Below are positions 16,315 to 26,511 of a stretch of DNA of 64,000 bases, one piece after another (the stretch's first letter is position 1; each line of letters starts with the position of its first letter). The DNA lies in contig JAGCAJ010000008.1 of the NCBI GenBank assembly GCA_017652765.1, positions 9,230 to 73,229 of the forward strand, in the 5' to 3' direction. The notes below the pieces were generated by a model. It was given only the letters and a program-made list of their open reading frames with translations, did no database searches and had not been told where the DNA came from. Position numbers and translations under genes: made by a program. Origin of the DNA: Candidatus Saccharimonadota bacterium (GTDB lineage Bacteria; Patescibacteriota; Saccharimonadia; Saccharimonadales; Saccharimonadaceae).

Positions 16315-19029
16315 ATGGAAAAAACGGCTAAAAATTCAAAAAACAAGAAACTAAAGACTGCGAAGGCGCCGAAACGGAGTCTGCTTGCTCGTTCCAAAAA
16401 CAAGGGGATGAGCACGTATTCTAGTTTGGTACATCGTAGCAAAGTAAAACGTGATAAAAAAGCTAGGAAGAGGGCGGAAGATCTAGCTACTCTGCCAAAA
16501 GAGCCATGGAAGAGATTCTTGGCGCATTTTCATCCAAAACGCGTATTCCATTATTGGTTTTCAATGCGCGGACTCAAAACTTTTGCAAAAATTTTAGCCG
16601 TATTAATATTACTTACTATTATTGGAATTGGTGGATTATTCCTATATTACAAAAAAGACCTAGACGCTATCCAGTTGGACGAGCTAAAGGTGTCGGAAAC
16701 CGTAAACACGTACCTAGACCGTAATGGCGAAGTGTTGTGGGAAGATAAAGGCGACGGCGATTATCGCTTAGTCGTAGACGGAGACCAGATTGCTACCTAT
16801 ATGCGCCAAGCTACGGTTGCGATTGAGGATAGAAACTTCTATAATCACAACGGCGTAGATCTATGGTCACTAGTGCGCGCGGCGTTCTCTACTCTTTCTG
16901 GAAAGAGCGTACAAGGTGGCTCTACCCTAACACAACAGCTAATTAAGCAGGTCTATTTCTCTGATGAGGCAAAGGATAGAGGCCTAACTGGTATTCCACG
17001 TAAGATCAAGGAGGCAATTCTAGCTCTAGAAATCGAGAAAATGTATTCTAAGGAGCAGATTATTACGATGTATCTCAATGAGTCGCCTTATGGTGGTCGT
17101 CGCAACGGTGTAGAATCTGGCGCACAAACTTACTTTGGGAAGAGTGCAAAAGATCTAACATTAGCAGAATCTGCGCTACTTGCGTCTATTCCGAATAACC
17201 CAGCCGTACTTAACCCATACAATGAATACGGGCACGAAGCGCTAATTTGGCGTCAGCAATATACGCTAGACGTGATGGCGGAGCTTGGATACATTACCAA
17301 GGAAGAGGCCGAGGAAGCCAAGCAAGAAAACGTACTAGACAAGATTCTACCTGAGACAAATCAGTACGACAACATTAAAGCGCCACACTTTGTCTTAACC
17401 GTAAAGAATATGCTAGAAGATAAATACGGCGTGAAGACAATGCGCGCGGGCGGTTTTACGATTAAGACCTCGCTTGATTATCGTGCACAGCAGATGGCAG
17501 AACAGGCCGTGGCCAATGGTGCAGCTCTAATGAGCAGGAATGGTAGCGATAATATTGCGCTGGCGTCCGTAGATGTAGAAACTGCGCAAGTGATTGCGAT
17601 GGTCGGGTCGTCCGACTGGAATGCGCCGGGCTATGGCGAGCTAAATGCAGCGACATCCCAGCTAGAGCCGGGCTCATCGATTAAGCCAATCGTAGATTAT
17701 GGTCCGTTGTTTATGCAACGTGAGGGACAAAACTATGGGCCCGGGTCCGTATTAAAAGATGAGAACATTGACTCTATCTATTGTGGTGGATATAGCGGTG
17801 GTTCTTGTGCGCTACGTAACTATACGGGTCAGTGGTACGGTAATGTGACGATCCGTCGTGCGCTAGCTGGCTCCCTAAATATTCCAGCTGTAAAGGCGAT
17901 GTATATTAACGGAATCGACAATAGCCTAGAGGTAGCAAGACAACTCGGTGACGTTTCCTACTGTGCAGGTGAAGGCGTAACGGGTGGACTTTCTACGGCG
18001 ATTGGTTCTGGTTGTACTGTAACGCCGATTGAGCATGCTAACGCTTATGCATCCGTAGCACGTGGTGGCGTGTATAAGGAACTAGCTTATGTGCTAGAAA
18101 TGAAGAACTCCGCTGGCGATGTGATTGAAAGCTGGAAAGATAGCGAGGGCAAGCGTGTTTATGATGAACAAGTAGCCTATATGCTTTCTTCTATTCTATC
18201 CGACGCCAACGCAAGATCTATCACGTTTGGCTCGCAAGGTAGAGCATTTGGATTTGTAATTCCTAATGTATGGACCGCGACTAAGACTGGTACTTCTACG
18301 ACTGCTAATGCTTCTATTGCGAAGGACTCTTGGATTATGAGCTATTCGCCAGTAGTAGCAACGGCGGTTTGGAATGGTAATCACGATGGGTCTGGTCTAG
18401 CGACATCCGACAACACGCTAGTACGTCGCGTAGTGAATGACTATATGGCTCCTGTACATACAGAGCTCTATGCTAAGGAAGGCAAGTGGACGGCTAATCA
18501 GGCTATTCCTCAGCCAGCTGGCATGCAGAGATTAACCGTAAATGGTAACACGGATATCTGGCCAAGCTGGTATAATTCTAAGACTTCTGGTGTAACGAAT
18601 GAGACATTAACATTCAACAAATATACCAAGAAGCTCGCTACGGATTGTACACCGGCAGACCAGAAGATTCAGATTGAAGCAACCAAGACGATTGACCCAA
18701 TCACGAAGCGTGAAATCTGGAACGTACCGGATGGATATAATCGCGATGAGAAAGATGACTGTAGCTATAAGGGGCCAAGCGTAACATTATATTCTAGCGA
18801 CGGATCGCTAAAGGCTAATATCCAATATGGTTCATCTTCTTCGGTGAGCTGGACTCTCTACGAGAATGGCGCAGCATACAAGAACGGTAGTACAAGTGAT
18901 ACTACACTAGCTCTACCTTATGACGTAAAAGGTAGTAAAAATGGCACAAAGCTCAAAATAACCGTCACAGATAGTAATGGTTATGAAAAGAGTAAAGAGT
19001 GTACAGTAAATAAAGGGAGCTGTTCCTAG
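16315..19029 (+). CDS. Class A penicillin-binding protein (transglycosylase/transpeptidase, PBP1A-like)
   Basis: EDRNFY, QGGSTLTQQLIK, RKIKE, PGSSIKP (SxxK), SLN, KTGT; start moved to ATG at 16315. Confidence 0.95.
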   Translation: MEKTAKNSKNKKLKTAKAPKRSLLARSKNKGMSTYSSLVHRSKVKRDKKARKRAEDLATLPKEPWKRFLAHFHPKRVFHYWFSMRGLKTFAKILAVLILLTIIGIGGLFLYYKKDLDAIQLDELKVSETVNTYLDRNGEVLWEDKGDGDYRLVVDGDQIATYMRQATVAIEDRNFYNHNGVDLWSLVRAAFSTLSGKSVQGGSTLTQQLIKQVYFSDEAKDRGLTGIPRKIKEAILALEIEKMYSKEQIITMYLNESPYGGRRNGVESGAQTYFGKSAKDLTLAESALLASIPNNPAVLNPYNEYGHEALIWRQQYTLDVMAELGYITKEEAEEAKQENVLDKILPETNQYDNIKAPHFVLTVKNMLEDKYGVKTMRAGGFTIKTSLDYRAQQMAEQAVANGAALMSRNGSDNIALASVDVETAQVIAMVGSSDWNAPGYGELNAATSQLEPGSSIKPIVDYGPLFMQREGQNYGPGSVLKDENIDSIYCGGYSGGSCALRNYTGQWYGNVTIRRALAGSLNIPAVKAMYINGIDNSLEVARQLGDVSYCAGEGVTGGLSTAIGSGCTVTPIEHANAYASVARGGVYKELAYVLEMKNSAGDVIESWKDSEGKRVYDEQVAYMLSSILSDANARSITFGSQGRAFGFVIPNVWTATKTGTSTTANASIAKDSWIMSYSPVVATAVWNGNHDGSGLATSDNTLVRRVVNDYMAPVHTELYAKEGKWTANQAIPQPAGMQRLTVNGNTDIWPSWYNSKTSGVTNETLTFNKYTKKLATDCTPADQKIQIEATKTIDPITKREIWNVPDGYNRDEKDDCSYKGPSVTLYSSDGSLKANIQYGSSSSVSWTLYENGAAYKNGSTSDTTLALPYDVKGSKNGTKLKITVTDSNGYEKSKECTVNKGSCS

Positions 19030-19057
19030 AAAAATCGGGCTTTATAGCCCGATTTTT
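19030..19057. terminator. Bidirectional terminator
   Basis: AAAAATCGGGCT-TTAT-AGCCCGATTTTT between convergent genes. Confidence 0.85.
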
Positions 19058-19077
19058 TGTGGGGTGATGATTCTGAT

Positions 19078-19761
19078 TTAGATTTTTTTGGCGAAGATGA
19101 TGCGACCAGCAGAAGTTTGGTGGGCGCGGACGACTTCCGCGCTGATTTCTTTGCCGACGAGTTTAGATGCGTGGTCTATGACGACCATAGTGCCATCGTC
19201 TAGATGGCCGACGCCCTGGCCGCGGTTACTACCTTTCTCGGTAATCTTAATGCGGAACTTAGTGCCGGGGGTGGTGTTACCAAGTAAGTTCATGGCGAGG
19301 TCATTAACGTTCAAAACGTCGATATGCTCGGTAGCACAGACTTTATTGAGATTGTAATCATTGGTACAAATTAGGCCGTGATACTCCTTGGCTAGAGAAA
19401 TAAGACGCTCGTCAACTGGGGTGCGGTCGAGCTCGTCCTCAAAAATTTCGGCATTACAAAAGACAACACGTTCTAACTCGCGAGCAACATCCATACCACG
19501 GCGAGCAAGGGCACGCTTGTCATTGTCCTTGCCGTCGGCCAGGAGCTGGAGCTCGCGAATAACGCTACGCGGGATTAATAAATTATCGCCGATAAATCCA
19601 GTCTTGGCAACGGCGAGAATACGTCCGTCTATCAGGGCGGAAGTATCAACAAAAACCTTACGGCGACCGGATCTTTTGGTATCTTTTTTGAGATTTTTTA
19701 TCAGGATAACCGTAGTCTCCGCAAGGAGAATCAAAACAACTACTAGGATTAAAATTTCCAT
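19078..19761 (-). CDS. PIN/TRAM domain protein (YacL-like)
   Basis: N-terminal TM; VDTSALIDGRI, ELQLLAD, TNDYNLNKV; TRAM GQGVGHLDDGTMVVI. Confidence 0.92.
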   Translation of the reverse strand: MEILILVVVLILLAETTVILIKNLKKDTKRSGRRKVFVDTSALIDGRILAVAKTGFIGDNLLIPRSVIRELQLLADGKDNDKRALARRGMDVARELERVVFCNAEIFEDELDRTPVDERLISLAKEYHGLICTNDYNLNKVCATEHIDVLNVNDLAMNLLGNTTPGTKFRIKITEKGSNRGQGVGHLDDGTMVVIDHASKLVGKEISAEVVRAHQTSAGRIIFAKKI

Positions 19762-19768
19762 TCTTATA

Positions 19769-20974
19769 TTATACCATATTTATCAAATCTTCGCCAGTGA
19801 GACGAGCGTGCTCGGCGTTATCGTGCAGGATTTTATGGTATTTGTCGACAAGGTCCTGACGATTTTCGCGATAAGCGATATCGAGAGCGAGATCGTAGCG
19901 CGAAGCGTGATTTAGGCGGAGCATTTCAAATGGAGTCGTAGTAGAACCGCGCTCGATAAAGCCATGAACAGAGAGACGATGCTGATCGGAATAATTAGAG
20001 AGAATGGTACGGAGGGCGTCTGGATAACCATGGAAATTGGCGATAATCGGCTTGTCGTAAGTATAGTAATCGTTAAACTGGTCCTGGGTCATCTTGGCGT
20101 TAGTCGTGCCGACAGCGTTGTAAGACAGGGCGTTAATCCCAACAAAGCGAAAACGGCGACCCGGAATGTCCTCACGAAGAATGTTAAGGGCATAAAGAGC
20201 TTCGCGCGTTGTAATATCACCAGCAGAGGTAAAGATATAATCTGGATCGTCGTCCGAAGCAAAGCCAAAGATACTGGCGCCGTGATTATATTGGAAAGAG
20301 GCGTGTTTTCTATCTATCCAGCGAGGCTCCATGGTCTTGTTAAATGTTGTAAGATTTACAACATTTTTGGAATTGTACATAAATTGGAAGCAGGCAGAGG
20401 AGGCAACGTCATCTACTGGAAATAGAACGTTGGCGAAGTCGGTCGGCTGGGAGAGGAGGGCGGAAATAAGAGCCGGGGATTGGTGCGAAAAACCATTGTG
20501 GTCCTGACGCCAACAAGTACTAGTAGAGAGCAAATTAAGAGCCGGAACGGAGCCACGCCAAGAGACTTCAGAAGACTGACTAAGGAATTTAAGGTACTGG
20601 AAAATTTGGGAAGTAACGATAGAAAAGAAGGATTCGTAGCTAGTCATCATTCCCTGCCCGCCGGATAAAACGTGGCCGACCATGACAGCTAGGAGTGTGT
20701 TTTCTGAAAGAAGTTCCACGATGTGGCCGTTTTCTGATTCTGGCATATCCCAAGGTTTTTTAGATAGAGCCCAGGCGCGAGTACTGGAATCGTAGGCGGA
20801 GTCTAGTTTGTTTGACGTAGTCTCGTCGGGAGAAAACAGATAAAAACTAGAGTCCTGGCGCAAGGCGTACTTAATACATTCGCCAAATTTCTCGGCGGAA
20901 GAGGCGCGGTCTATGCCTGGATTTTTGATCTCGTTAGGGCCTAGAAGCTGATCTGGGAGGAAGATATGTCTCAT
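19769..20974 (-). CDS. Phosphoketolase, C-terminal part (XFP/XFP_C)
   Basis: FSPDETTSNKL, LSENT, SYESF, WRQDHNGFSHQ, FHGYP, HGFIERGSTTTPF. Confidence 0.9.
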   Translation of the reverse strand: MRHIFLPDQLLGPNEIKNPGIDRASSAEKFGECIKYALRQDSSFYLFSPDETTSNKLDSAYDSSTRAWALSKKPWDMPESENGHIVELLSENTLLAVMVGHVLSGGQGMMTSYESFFSIVTSQIFQYLKFLSQSSEVSWRGSVPALNLLSTSTCWRQDHNGFSHQSPALISALLSQPTDFANVLFPVDDVASSACFQFMYNSKNVVNLTTFNKTMEPRWIDRKHASFQYNHGASIFGFASDDDPDYIFTSAGDITTREALYALNILREDIPGRRFRFVGINALSYNAVGTTNAKMTQDQFNDYYTYDKPIIANFHGYPDALRTILSNYSDQHRLSVHGFIERGSTTTPFEMLRLNHASRYDLALDIAYRENRQDLVDKYHKILHDNAEHARLTGEDLINMV

Positions 20975-21930
20975 AGTGTAAACCCTTCCTTTTTATTAAA
21001 TAGCTCGGAAAAGCGGTAACCCTCTAGCCAGACTTGGAGCAAATGTAGTTCGTCTGGGTCGGTCTTGGCGTGTTTTAGTGGGATTTGGTGGGCGAGGAAA
21101 TTGCCAGCAACCTTTTTACCATCTACAAAAGTAGGGCCGGTCTTGCCTTTTTCTGATTTCATGATGATGAACGGATTCTTTGTATGAGAAGCAACATCTA
21201 GGGCATCCTGGAAAGCATTAGTGTCTTCGCCATTAACCAAAAGCGGGATATAGCCAAATCCCCGGATAAGTTCTAGGAGTTCGCGCTCGGATTTCCTAGC
21301 AGTAACAGTAGGGCCAGAAATTTTGTAACCGTTAAGATGCAGTACGGGGAGAACCCTGCCGTTAACGTCAGAGCCAAGAAGCTTGCAAAGATTCATCGAA
21401 GAAAGAGCAGTAGCAGTTTCGAATTCGCCATCACCAATTAACACGGCGACGGTTTTTCTAGGGTGGCCCAGCGCGGAACCATAAGCCGTGCCTAGGGCGT
21501 AACCTAGTTCCCCGCCCTCGCAAATTACGCCCGGAGTAACGGGGCTAGCATGCGACGGAAAGCCGCCTGGCCAAGAAAAATTACTACAAATATAAGCAAT
21601 ACCGTCGGCGTCTGGAGTGGCCTTGGTGTCGACTTTTTCTAGATCGCCGTCGATGAAAAGATTGGCCTGTAGAGCCGGGAAACCGTGGCCAGGACCTAGG
21701 ATGAAGGAGAAGTTAGGGTCTTTACCATAAAAGTATTTAAGATTAGCATAGGCAAGATTAATGCCATGACAAGTACCCCAGTGACCGAGCAGGCGAGGTT
21801 TAATATCGTCAAACGTTAATGGTTTTTCTAAGAAGAAATTAGATTGCAAAAAAAGTTGGGCGACAGAAAGGTAATCGCAAGCGCGGACGCGACGCGAAAT
21901 CCATTCCGGATTGATGCCCAGCCCATACAT
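20971..21930 (-). CDS. Phosphoketolase, N-terminal part (XFP_N)
   Basis: KPRLLGHWGT, GPGHG, FSWPGGFPSH, EGGELGY, GDGEFET, LHLNGYKIS, HQIP. Confidence 0.9.
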   Translation of the reverse strand: MYGLGINPEWISRRVRACDYLSVAQLFLQSNFFLEKPLTFDDIKPRLLGHWGTCHGINLAYANLKYFYGKDPNFSFILGPGHGFPALQANLFIDGDLEKVDTKATPDADGIAYICSNFSWPGGFPSHASPVTPGVICEGGELGYALGTAYGSALGHPRKTVAVLIGDGEFETATALSSMNLCKLLGSDVNGRVLPVLHLNGYKISGPTVTARKSERELLELIRGFGYIPLLVNGEDTNAFQDALDVASHTKNPFIIMKSEKGKTGPTFVDGKKVAGNFLAHQIPLKHAKTDPDELHLLQVWLEGYRFSELFNKKEGFTL

Positions 21931-21952
21931 ACCCTAATTATAGCATAAGCGA

Positions 21953-22594
21953 TTAGTAATTTCTACCTTGGGCGAAGCTATAAAGTCTATTGACTAGCTC
22001 TTCAAAAACTTCTTCGCGAGTCATGTCGGCGCGGACCTGGACGAGGAGGCCTAGAGTTTGATAGTGGAAAATGACCGGCATGGTTTTTTCGTTAAATTCA
22101 TCAATGCGCTTCTTAAATACGCCACGGAATTTGTCGTCTTCACGCTTGGTGACTTCTTGGCCGGATTCACGTTGGCCGGCTTCTTTGACGGCTTCCCAAC
22201 GCTCTTGGACATCAGCTTCGGAGATATTAAGCAAAATGGCGGCCTTAATCGGGTGGCCAGCCTCGGCGGCGGATTTCATAACTTCGTCTTCTTCTCCGGC
22301 CCAACGACCGACAGAGGAAAGAACGAGTGAAGAATCTTTTAGATCTTCGCGCGCAAAGTAAGGAAGAACCCATTCGTAGAAGATATCAGTAGGAGCAAGC
22401 GCGCCACCTTCGGTGTAGTGTTGATTTTTTTCTTGTTCCATAGCACGGATAATCATACCAGAAGACAAGAATCTAGCACCTAAATTTTCGGCGAGTTTAA
22501 TGCCGACGGTATCCTTGCCACTCATAGGTAGGCCAAAGATATTAATAGAGCCCGTTCCCAACCACTGTTTAATTGCGTTAAGTTTTTCTTCCAT
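21953..22594 (-). CDS. adk: Adenylate kinase family nucleoside monophosphate kinase
   Basis: P-loop GLPMSGKDT, LSSGMIIR, REDD...KRIDEFNEKTMPV. Confidence 0.8.
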   Translation of the reverse strand: MEEKLNAIKQWLGTGSINIFGLPMSGKDTVGIKLAENLGARFLSSGMIIRAMEQEKNQHYTEGGALAPTDIFYEWVLPYFAREDLKDSSLVLSSVGRWAGEEDEVMKSAAEAGHPIKAAILLNISEADVQERWEAVKEAGQRESGQEVTKREDDKFRGVFKKRIDEFNEKTMPVIFHYQTLGLLVQVRADMTREEVFEELVNRLYSFAQGRNY

Positions 22595-22612
22595 AATTTG
22601 ATTATAACACCT

Positions 22613-23038
22613 TTAGATATTTTTTACTTTGACCATAGCGGGGCGAATAACGTTACCATCATAGGTATAACCAGCGCGAAGAGTCTCAGCAACGACTTCT
22701 TTTTCCCCTTCGCCATCCTCCATCATGACGGCGTCATGTAAATCAGGATTAAATTCTGTGCCGGGAGTAGTGTTGATTTTTTGAAGTTTTAGTTCGTTTA
22801 ATGTTTTTTCTAGGTTTTTTTCTAGAGGTTTGAGCTCTGGGGTAGCGGAGATAGCGCGGTCAAGGTCGTCTAGGAGGGGGAGGAATTTCTTGACGGTTTC
22901 GTATTTAGCAAAAGCAGTAGCCTGAGATTTTTGAGCGTCTATTTGTTTTCTATAATTCTCGAAGTCAGCGCGGGTGCGCTGAAGATCGTTAGTTAACTCG
23001 GTGATTTTTAAAAGGTTTGGATCTGATTTTTTAGGCAT
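22613..23038 (-). CDS. grpE: Nucleotide exchange factor GrpE
   Basis: QRTRADFENYRK, LPLLDDLDRA, FNPDLHDAV, GYTYDGNVIRPAMVKV. Confidence 0.95.
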   Translation of the reverse strand: MPKKSDPNLLKITELTNDLQRTRADFENYRKQIDAQKSQATAFAKYETVKKFLPLLDDLDRAISATPELKPLEKNLEKTLNELKLQKINTTPGTEFNPDLHDAVMMEDGEGEKEVVAETLRAGYTYDGNVIRPAMVKVKNI

Positions 23039-23786
23039 TGTAGACCTCCTCTAACATATTTCCTGCGCGACGGACAAGCGACATTACACGGCCGTAGTTC
23101 TGGCGGGTAGGGCCAAGTACGCCAATATAGCTATTGTCGGAATAAGGCGAGCGGAACTTACTAATAATTAGTGAAACGCCGGAAGTTTTGCCGATGGGGT
23201 TTTCTTGACCAATGAAAATATTGAGTGGCTCGCCCGGGGCAGCTTCACGAAGCCAAGGCTCGAGATTGTCAAGTAATTTGGCGACGCTCTGGACGCGATT
23301 AGTATCCATGAACTCTGGCTGAGTAAAGAGGCGAGACATGCCAGCGAGATAGAGTTGGTCGCCGATAGTAGCAAGACCCAAATTCCCAGTAAGCTCAACA
23401 AGGGAGTCAACAGCGCCACGAATGGCAAAGTCAGCACGTTCCTGGGCGTTGATGCGAAGCTCGATAGCGCGAGTACTACGGTCGTCTCCGTCAGAAAGCA
23501 GGCGGGCGGGGTTGTCCTCACGAGGCTTGTCAGAAGCGTGATTCATTGCTTCGGAAAGGGAGTTAACATAGAGACGATAGCCAGCGTCGGTCGGGATGCG
23601 GCCGGCAGAAGTATGAGGCTGGACTAGATAGCCGGCTTCTTCTAGTTTGGCCATTTCGGCGCGAATGGTAGCGGAAGATACGCCAAAAAGCTTAGCCAAA
23701 GTGACAGAGCCAACAGGGGCAGCCATCTCGGCGTATTCTTCGATAATAGCAAAGAGAATCTCTTTTTGGCGTTTAGTAATATCCAT
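23031..23786 (-). CDS. hrcA: Heat-inducible repressor HrcA
   Basis: PVGSVTL, SSATIRAEMAKLEEAGYLVQPHTSAGRIPTDAGYRLYV, GVLGPTRQNY; start moved to MDITKRQ at 23786. Confidence 0.96.
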   Translation of the reverse strand: MDITKRQKEILFAIIEEYAEMAAPVGSVTLAKLFGVSSATIRAEMAKLEEAGYLVQPHTSAGRIPTDAGYRLYVNSLSEAMNHASDKPREDNPARLLSDGDDRSTRAIELRINAQERADFAIRGAVDSLVELTGNLGLATIGDQLYLAGMSRLFTQPEFMDTNRVQSVAKLLDNLEPWLREAAPGEPLNIFIGQENPIGKTSGVSLIISKFRSPYSDNSYIGVLGPTRQNYGRVMSLVRRAGNMLEEVYNA

Positions 23787-23803
23787 ATCTAAATTATAGC
23801 GAA

Positions 23804-23830
23804 TTAGCACTTAAAATGCAAGAGTGCTAA
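23804..23830 (-). promoter_or_regulatory. CIRCE operator of hrcA-grpE
   Basis: TTAGCACTT-AAAATGCAA-GAGTGCTAA (one mismatch to consensus); overlaps the lepA stop codon. Confidence 0.92.
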
Positions 23831-25611
23831 TCGTCGCGTTTGAGCATAACGGTGAAGGCTTCGGACGGGATATCGACCTTGCCAAAACGTTTCATACGGG
23901 CCTTACCACGCTTCTGTTTATCAAGCAACTTGGCTTTTCTGTCGCGGTCGCCAGTATGAATCTTGACGGTAACGTCTTTTCTGTAGGCACCAATAGTTTC
24001 TCTAGCAATAATACGTGCGCCGATAGCAGCCTGGAGGGCTACTTCGTAATTTTGGCGCGGAATGACCTGTTTTAGTTTCTTGGTGATGTCTCTACCGATT
24101 GCGTCGGCCTCGGACCTGTGACACATGATAGAAAGTGCATCCATTTTTTGGCCGGCGACTAACACATCTACACGCACCAAATCTTCGGCGCGATAATCTT
24201 TGAGTTCGTAGTTAAAACTAGCATAGCCGGAAGTAGAAGACTTGAGCTGGTCGTAAAAATCGGTTAGGAGATTAGCCATTGGGGCCTCGAAGTCAATCAC
24301 GGCACGGTCTTCAATATAGGATAAATTAGTTTGGTGCCCGCGTTTTTCTACGATCAAATTTAGGACATTACCAATCATGTCTTTTGGTACGATAATCTCG
24401 CCCTTCACCCAAGGCTCGCGAATCTCTAGGACTTCGTTCATGTCGGGCAAATCGGCAGCGGATTTAATTTCTATTTCTTCACCAGAATTTAGCGTAACCT
24501 CATAGTTGGTGGATGGATTGGTGACGACTAAATCTAGGCCAAACTCACGCTCTAAACGTTCGCGAATAATGTCCATATGGAGAAGACCCAAGAAACCGAT
24601 ACGAAGGCCAAATCCTAAAACGGGAGAATTCTCCGGTTCGAACTGGAGGGCGGAGTCGGAAAGCGCTAATTTTTCTATGGCTTCTTTCAAAGTTTTATAA
24701 TCCTCGTTAGAAACCGGGAAGAAGCCAGCATAGACAAATGGCTGGACGTTCTTATAGCCCGGCAGAGGTGTGGTGGCAGGAGATTTAGCAAGAGTAACAG
24801 TGTCGCCAACTTTTGCTTCACGAGTAGTTTTAAGGTTAGTCACAATGTAGCCGATTTCGCCTTCTTCTAGCTCTGGTTTTGGGGACATTTCTGGTTTCAA
24901 AATACCAACTTCTAGAGCGAGGCCTTTGGTGCCGGCGGCCATCATTTTGATTTCACTGCTCTTTGGTAAAACGCCGTCAAAAATACGAACGTAAAGAACC
25001 ACTCCACGATAATCGTCGAAATAGCTGTCGAAAATTAGAGCCCTCGTGGCGTCGCTTATCTCCGACTTGCTCGGACAAGGCGCTTTTTTAATAATCCTGT
25101 CTAGGACTTGCTCGACGTTGAGGCCGGTTTTGGCGGAGACGCCGATAATGTCGGAGCGGTCGCAACCAAGTAAATTTACGATTTGGTCGGAGACTTTTTC
25201 GACGTCGGCAGCGGGAAGGTCGATTTTATTAATGACTGGAATAATATACAAATCTTGTTCTAAAGCCAAATAGACATTGGCAAGAGTTTGGGCCTGGATG
25301 CCTTGCGTAGCGTCCACTACTAAAATCGCGGTTTCTACGGCCTGTAAGGAACGGCTGACTTCATAAGAAAAGTCAACGTGGCCCGGAGTGTCGATTAGGT
25401 TTAGCTCGTAACCTTTGTAATGCATCTGGACGGGGGTAAGTTTAATGGTAATTCCCTTTTCCCGCTCCAATTCCATAGAATCAAGAAGCTGCGCTTTCAT
25501 TTCGCGCTTTTCTACGGTGCCGGTAAGCTCCATCATACGGTCAGCCAAGGTAGACTTGCCGTGATCGATATGGGCAATAATACAAAAATTACGGATTTTG
25601 TCGGTATTCAT
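23827..25611 (-). CDS. lepA: Elongation factor 4
   Basis: IRNFCIIAHIDHGKSTLADR, LIDTPGHVDFSYEVSRSL, GFLGLLHMDII, KRGKARMKRFGKV. Confidence 0.98.
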   Translation of the reverse strand: MNTDKIRNFCIIAHIDHGKSTLADRMMELTGTVEKREMKAQLLDSMELEREKGITIKLTPVQMHYKGYELNLIDTPGHVDFSYEVSRSLQAVETAILVVDATQGIQAQTLANVYLALEQDLYIIPVINKIDLPAADVEKVSDQIVNLLGCDRSDIIGVSAKTGLNVEQVLDRIIKKAPCPSKSEISDATRALIFDSYFDDYRGVVLYVRIFDGVLPKSSEIKMMAAGTKGLALEVGILKPEMSPKPELEEGEIGYIVTNLKTTREAKVGDTVTLAKSPATTPLPGYKNVQPFVYAGFFPVSNEDYKTLKEAIEKLALSDSALQFEPENSPVLGFGLRIGFLGLLHMDIIRERLEREFGLDLVVTNPSTNYEVTLNSGEEIEIKSAADLPDMNEVLEIREPWVKGEIIVPKDMIGNVLNLIVEKRGHQTNLSYIEDRAVIDFEAPMANLLTDFYDQLKSSTSGYASFNYELKDYRAEDLVRVDVLVAGQKMDALSIMCHRSEADAIGRDITKKLKQVIPRQNYEVALQAAIGARIIARETIGAYRKDVTVKIHTGDRDRKAKLLDKQKRGKARMKRFGKVDIPSEAFTVMLKRDD

Positions 25612-25620
25612 TACCGTATA

Positions 25621-26454
25621 TTATAACATAAATTCAGTTTTATTAAACTTAACTAGATGGTCTTTTGGGAGATTGAATTTTTTGCCAGATTCATAGGTTT
25701 TGATAGCATGCAAAAAATCACGAAGCTGGGGGCGAGTAGCAGAAATGCCAGAACGGGCGAGAATGGCACGCAAAAGCTCTTCGGCAGTAGTACTATCCAA
25801 ATTTTCAAATAGGGACCGAGGATAGGTACTGCCAGACGGTAAAATCTCTGAAGCTAAATCTTCGATTTGACTACGCAGAGCTTCTTGGCGAAGGCCGATA
25901 GTGAGCAATATTACGCCGGACGAAGGGTTATCATACAGAAAATCATTTATAATTGGGCGGACACGATTACGGAGATAATCATCTTCGTGGTTGGTTGGGT
26001 CTTCTCGGAAAACAATTTGGTGTTTATCTGCATATTCATAGATTCTCGACTTAGGCCAATAAAGCATTGGGCGGGCGATGTCAGAATTAATCAAAGCTGT
26101 AATGCCTCGCCAACCGGTGCCTCGCAAAAAGTTAATGGCAACAGATTCGCAATAATCGTTCAGGTGATGTGCTGTAAGAATAATGCCTTTTTGTTCCTTG
26201 GCGAGATTTCTTAAAAATTTGTAACGCGCTTCACGGGCAGTTGCTTCGGAGACGTTTGGACCGAGGCTTGCTCTACCGATATAATATGGAAGGCCGTATT
26301 TTTTGGCATAACTTATGACGAACTTTTCGTCTGCGTCGGCGGACGGGCGAGTGCCGTGATTAAAATGTGCGACAACTACGTCTTTTTCGTCTTTTAACAT
26401 ATGTAGAAGACACATAGAGTCGATACCACCGGAAATTGCCAAAATCTTTTTCAT
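25621..26454 (-). CDS. tilS: tRNA(Ile)-lysidine synthase (short form)
   Basis: AISGGIDSMCL, AREARY, TAHHLND, EDPTN...YLRNRVR. Confidence 0.93.
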   Translation of the reverse strand: MKKILAISGGIDSMCLLHMLKDEKDVVVAHFNHGTRPSADADEKFVISYAKKYGLPYYIGRASLGPNVSEATAREARYKFLRNLAKEQKGIILTAHHLNDYCESVAINFLRGTGWRGITALINSDIARPMLYWPKSRIYEYADKHQIVFREDPTNHEDDYLRNRVRPIINDFLYDNPSSGVILLTIGLRQEALRSQIEDLASEILPSGSTYPRSLFENLDSTTAEELLRAILARSGISATRPQLRDFLHAIKTYESGKKFNLPKDHLVKFNKTEFML

Positions 26455-26511
26455 ATTGCATAATTATAACATGAACAGCTTAATTTTTGGCGCTTGTGCT
26501 ATAATGAAAGT

